Assembly (NCBI GenBank): GCA_048013815.1
Contig: CM106585.1
Coordinates: 6,696,001-6,760,000, forward strand
DNA length: 64,000 bases
From: Setoptus koraiensis
Taxonomy: Eukaryota; Animalia; Arthropoda
Direction of reading: 5' to 3'
Shown here piece by piece: positions 60,801 to 64,000 of this stretch. Each line of letters begins with the position of its first letter. The stretch's first letter is position 1. The position numbers and the translations under genes were made by a program. Below the pieces are notes generated by a model. The model did not search any database, was not told the DNA's origin, and worked only from the letters and a program-made list of their open reading frames with translations.

Positions 60801-61172
60801 GCCATCGATATCGTTTGTCTGGCGGGTTTCATGCGTATTCTGTCGAAGGAATTTGTTGATATTTGGTCCGGCAAACTTATAAATATACATCCGTCTTTGT
60901 TGCCCTCATTCAAGGGAATGCATGCCTATCGTCAGGCTCTGGAAAGTGGCGTCCGCGTTACAGGTTGCACTGTGCACTTTGTTAGTAGTGGAGTCGACGA
61001 GGGAGCCATCATACTACAGGAACCCATAGCAATTCTACCCAGAGATACGGAACAAACACTGACTGAGCGAGGCAAAACTATAGAAAACTGCACCTTTCCT
61101 AAAGCACTTGATTTAGTGGCGCGCAACTGCGTCATGTTGGACAGCGCGAGCAACAAGGCCGTTTGGTTGTGA
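57824..61172 (+). CDS. GART: Trifunctional purine biosynthesis protein GARS-AIRS-GART, 2 exons (57824-57974, 58072-61172), ~1083 aa
   Basis: VLIVGGGAREHA, VGPEDPL, PNTGGMGA, EFNCRFGDPE (GARS); TYKSSGVDI, GTDGVGTK, GGETAELPG, HSNGYS, HITGGG (single AIRS); LLSGTGTN, LAGFMRIL, NIHPSLLP, HFV...DEG (GART). GT-AG intron in frame. Confidence 0.96.
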
Positions 61173-62237
61173 TGCGCTCGCACCCTCATAATAACTGACT
61201 ACACGGTACTCGTATTTGTTTACAAGGAAACCAAATTGACTGTAAGATTCCGAAGGGGATGGCATCAGCCTGTCTGTTCCTATTTTTTCTCCTAATATTT
61301 ACAATAAACCGATAAAATTTTTGGGCGCCAACAGCCGTGATGGATATCACCATAGCGTGTATCGATGAGAAATTCATGCCTCCATATGGTGCCCTCAAGT
61401 GCGGCCAGTGGACTGGTAGACAGTAAATATTCACATTTTAAATATTAAATCTTCTATCTTCTTTACGTGTCCGGGGTGTTCTTCTGTCAATTATGCTTCG
61501 GATTTATCTAGAAGCATAGTTCTGAAAATTTGTTTGGATATCCCGAGTGATAGGAAAAAGACAGCTCGATCGGGCGAGAATCGGTGTGATTGTGAGTGTC
61601 TGGTCAACCAGGTTTACCCGTTAGATTTAAGATAAATATATGACTAACATAATTGTGTAATAGAGGTAGAAAAGAACAAAACATGAAGATCTACCTTCGT
61701 AAACTCCCTATAATCTAGAAATAAGAAGTCACCATTCGACCGGTGCAGCCTGAGCAACCAACTGCACGCTGTGTTTACTTATTCACAACACTTGCTAACA
61801 GGCCGCATGCTTCCCACTGGATGCGAGCATATGATACCCGCGGGCGTATCTGGACCGGGTAGATCCCGTAAACTCGAACCCGGCTACAAATTGATAACCT
61901 AAATTCCAGTTTGTTATAAATTGACTGACATTGAGAAATGGTTTATCATCATTGATCGTAATAGATTAAATAAAGTTAGAATATTTATCTTGTGCGAGAT
62001 ATTTCAGGTGGAATTCAAGTAAATGCTGTGTAGGAGGCGTGATCATGGCAAAAACCGCAATTATGCGGGTTCCGCTGTCAAGAGTGAATGTCCGAATATC
62101 TGCTTACCATGCTCTAGCATCACCAGTCCCTATGAGAACGTGTTTATCCCATGTGTTTACGATTCAAGACACGCTAGATATATTTAAACATTAAAATTCA
62201 AGTGTGTTTATTTTAATAAAATAAATCTAGGATCATC

Positions 62238-63847
62238 ATGAAGGTTCACATGATAACCCGGGCCCCCGGGGATTTCATGCGAGAAACAAAACACGACATT
62301 CACAAAGGTAGGCATTTCGACGGAATCTCAATATCAACTTTACCGGCTTCATGATAATAGCATAACAGATTTTTTTTTTCGATTTATTCCGTACAGTATT
62401 TAAAAATTATGATCAAAAACTACATCAACATAGTCTGGAAAGGGAATTCAAAAGAGCTCTGAATGCAACAAAGTTGGAGAGAGTATTTGCTAAGCCTTTC
62501 ATCGGAAATCTCAGCGGCCATGGAGATATTGTCAATAATCTACTCAAACATCAGACCAGGTTGTCAATTATGGCCAGTGGAGCGTACGATGGCTGTATCA
62601 AGATCTGGGATCTGTCAACGCGAAAATGCATGCGAACAATTCAAGCTCACAATACCGCCATCCGTGCCATGTGTGTGTCAAGATTGAATGAGAATCACTT
62701 TTTTAGCGTAGACACACAATCCAACATCAAACGATGGAGATACTTCAGTAGTGATCAGATTGTAGCTCCCAAGAGGAAGAAAAGGAAGACTATGAGCGCT
62801 GTAGTGTCTATCAATAAGCCATCTAACAGCCAAGATGATGACCAGGACGATGACCAAGACGATGACCAAGACGATGATACAATTATAGATTCGGATGAAG
62901 ATGATGATGATATAGAAGAAGCCTACGATCAATCTATGGAGGATTCTGACATTCCCCTCGACACTATCTTGGCAAGAAGCATCATCTTAAGTATGGATCA
63001 TCATTATGACAGAGCTCTCATGGTGACTGCTGGGGATAAAGTAGATCTGTGGGAAGAGAATAGGAATGAACCTCTGCGCAGTTGGAAGTGGGGAGCAGAT
63101 TCTACACAGTACGTGAAATTTAACCCAATCGAAGTCGACATGTTTGCGACAACTTCTAGTGACAGAGCCATAACTTTATTCGACGTAAGGCAAGCCAATC
63201 CCTTGAGGAAAGTGGTCCTCGAACTAAAATCAAATCAGCTTTGTTGGAATCCAATGGAAGCATTCATGTTTACAGTGGCAAATGAAGATCATGACCTATA
63301 CACATTTGACATGAGAAAATTAACCAAACCGGTCTTGATACACAAAGATCACGTGGACGCAGTTATCGCATTAGACTACTCGCCTACTGGGTTGGAAATT
63401 GTTAGTGGAAGCTATGATAAGAGCATAAGGATATTTCCCTCTAAAGGTGGCCGTAGTAGAGATGTGTATTATACTAAACGAATGCAGCGCTTAACCGATG
63501 TTATATGGTCGAACGATGCCAAGTACTTGGTGTCTGCCTCTGATGAGATGGATTTGCGTATGTGGCGCGCCAACGCAAGCGAAGTGCCCGGCCCCAAAAT
63601 GTTGCGACAGCAATTGGCCGAACAGCAAGACGCGAAATTGAAGCAAAAGTTCAAAAATTATCCAGATATTAGGCGCATCGCACGTCACCGTCATGTGCCC
63701 AAGCACATCTACCACTCTCGTAAAGAGAAACGTGAAATGATAAACTCAAGAAGGAGAAAGGAAGCCAACAGGATAGCCCATAGTAGGCCAGGCACTATAG
63801 AGGTCAGACCTGAGAAAGAGCGCCATATTGTGAGAGAGGAGGAGTAA
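62238..63847 (+). CDS. DCAF13: DDB1- and CUL4-associated factor 13 (Sof1/WDSOF1), 2 exons (62238-62307, 62397-63847), ~506 aa
   Basis: MKVHMITR...RET..DI; RALNATKLERVFAKPF; WD40 repeats; YYTKRMQR; Sof1 tail RRIARHRHVPKHIY. GT-AG intron in frame. Confidence 0.94.
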
Positions 63848-64000
63848 TATGTTGAAACGCTTGACCATTTGATTGCAATGGAATTTATTATCTAAAGTTT
63901 CGTTCCTGTGTACATGTTTGTAATATTGGTGTAAATCTATTAAATTTAATAGTAGGATAAATGTGCAGTGAATGTGTTTTTTTTCTATGTAAACTAATCA

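Noticed and set aside
57824-61172. GART appears GC-richer than its neighbours (possible horizontal transfer)
   Set aside because: It has the animal-type GARS-AIRS-GART fusion and a spliceosomal intron; bacterial genes are not fused this way.

Overview
Eukaryotic (arthropod) genomic DNA with two very different halves. The compact, intron-poor genes resemble those of small mite genomes such as eriophyoids; this taxonomic call is an inference. Positions 1 to ~18.7 kb are a gene-poor domain in which I recognise no protein. It is rich in CpG, microsatellites, minisatellites and perfect short hairpins, and strongly enriched for the E-box ACAGGTG, so it looks like the cis-regulatory domain of a developmental gene outside the window. 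Positions ~19-64 kb are densely packed with genes: RMC1, a 4-exon Ly6/three-finger GPI protein, JTB, RARS2, an intronless ABCC/MRP transporter, MEK, cytochrome b5 reductase, an orphan TM protein, a WIP-like protein, PGM2, MMS19, a divergent ANTP-class homeobox gene, a Pro-rich/metallothionein-like protein, xylosyltransferase, MTMR6/7/8, a MIT-only STAMBP/AMSH-like gene, trifunctional GART and DCAF13. All spliced models were checked by hand for GT-AG ends and frame. Four observations stand out: (1) a segmental duplication of a tail-to-tail overlapping RARS2/MEK pair, now flanking the ABCC gene, in which each copy lost the opposite gene; (2) a ~250-bp-arm inverted repeat that looks like a hairpin-RNA locus; (3) a metallothionein-like domain fused to a Pro/Ser/Thr-rich stalk; (4) two domain-truncated trafficking/cytoskeletal paralogs, an AMSH without its catalytic domain and a WIP without WH2.
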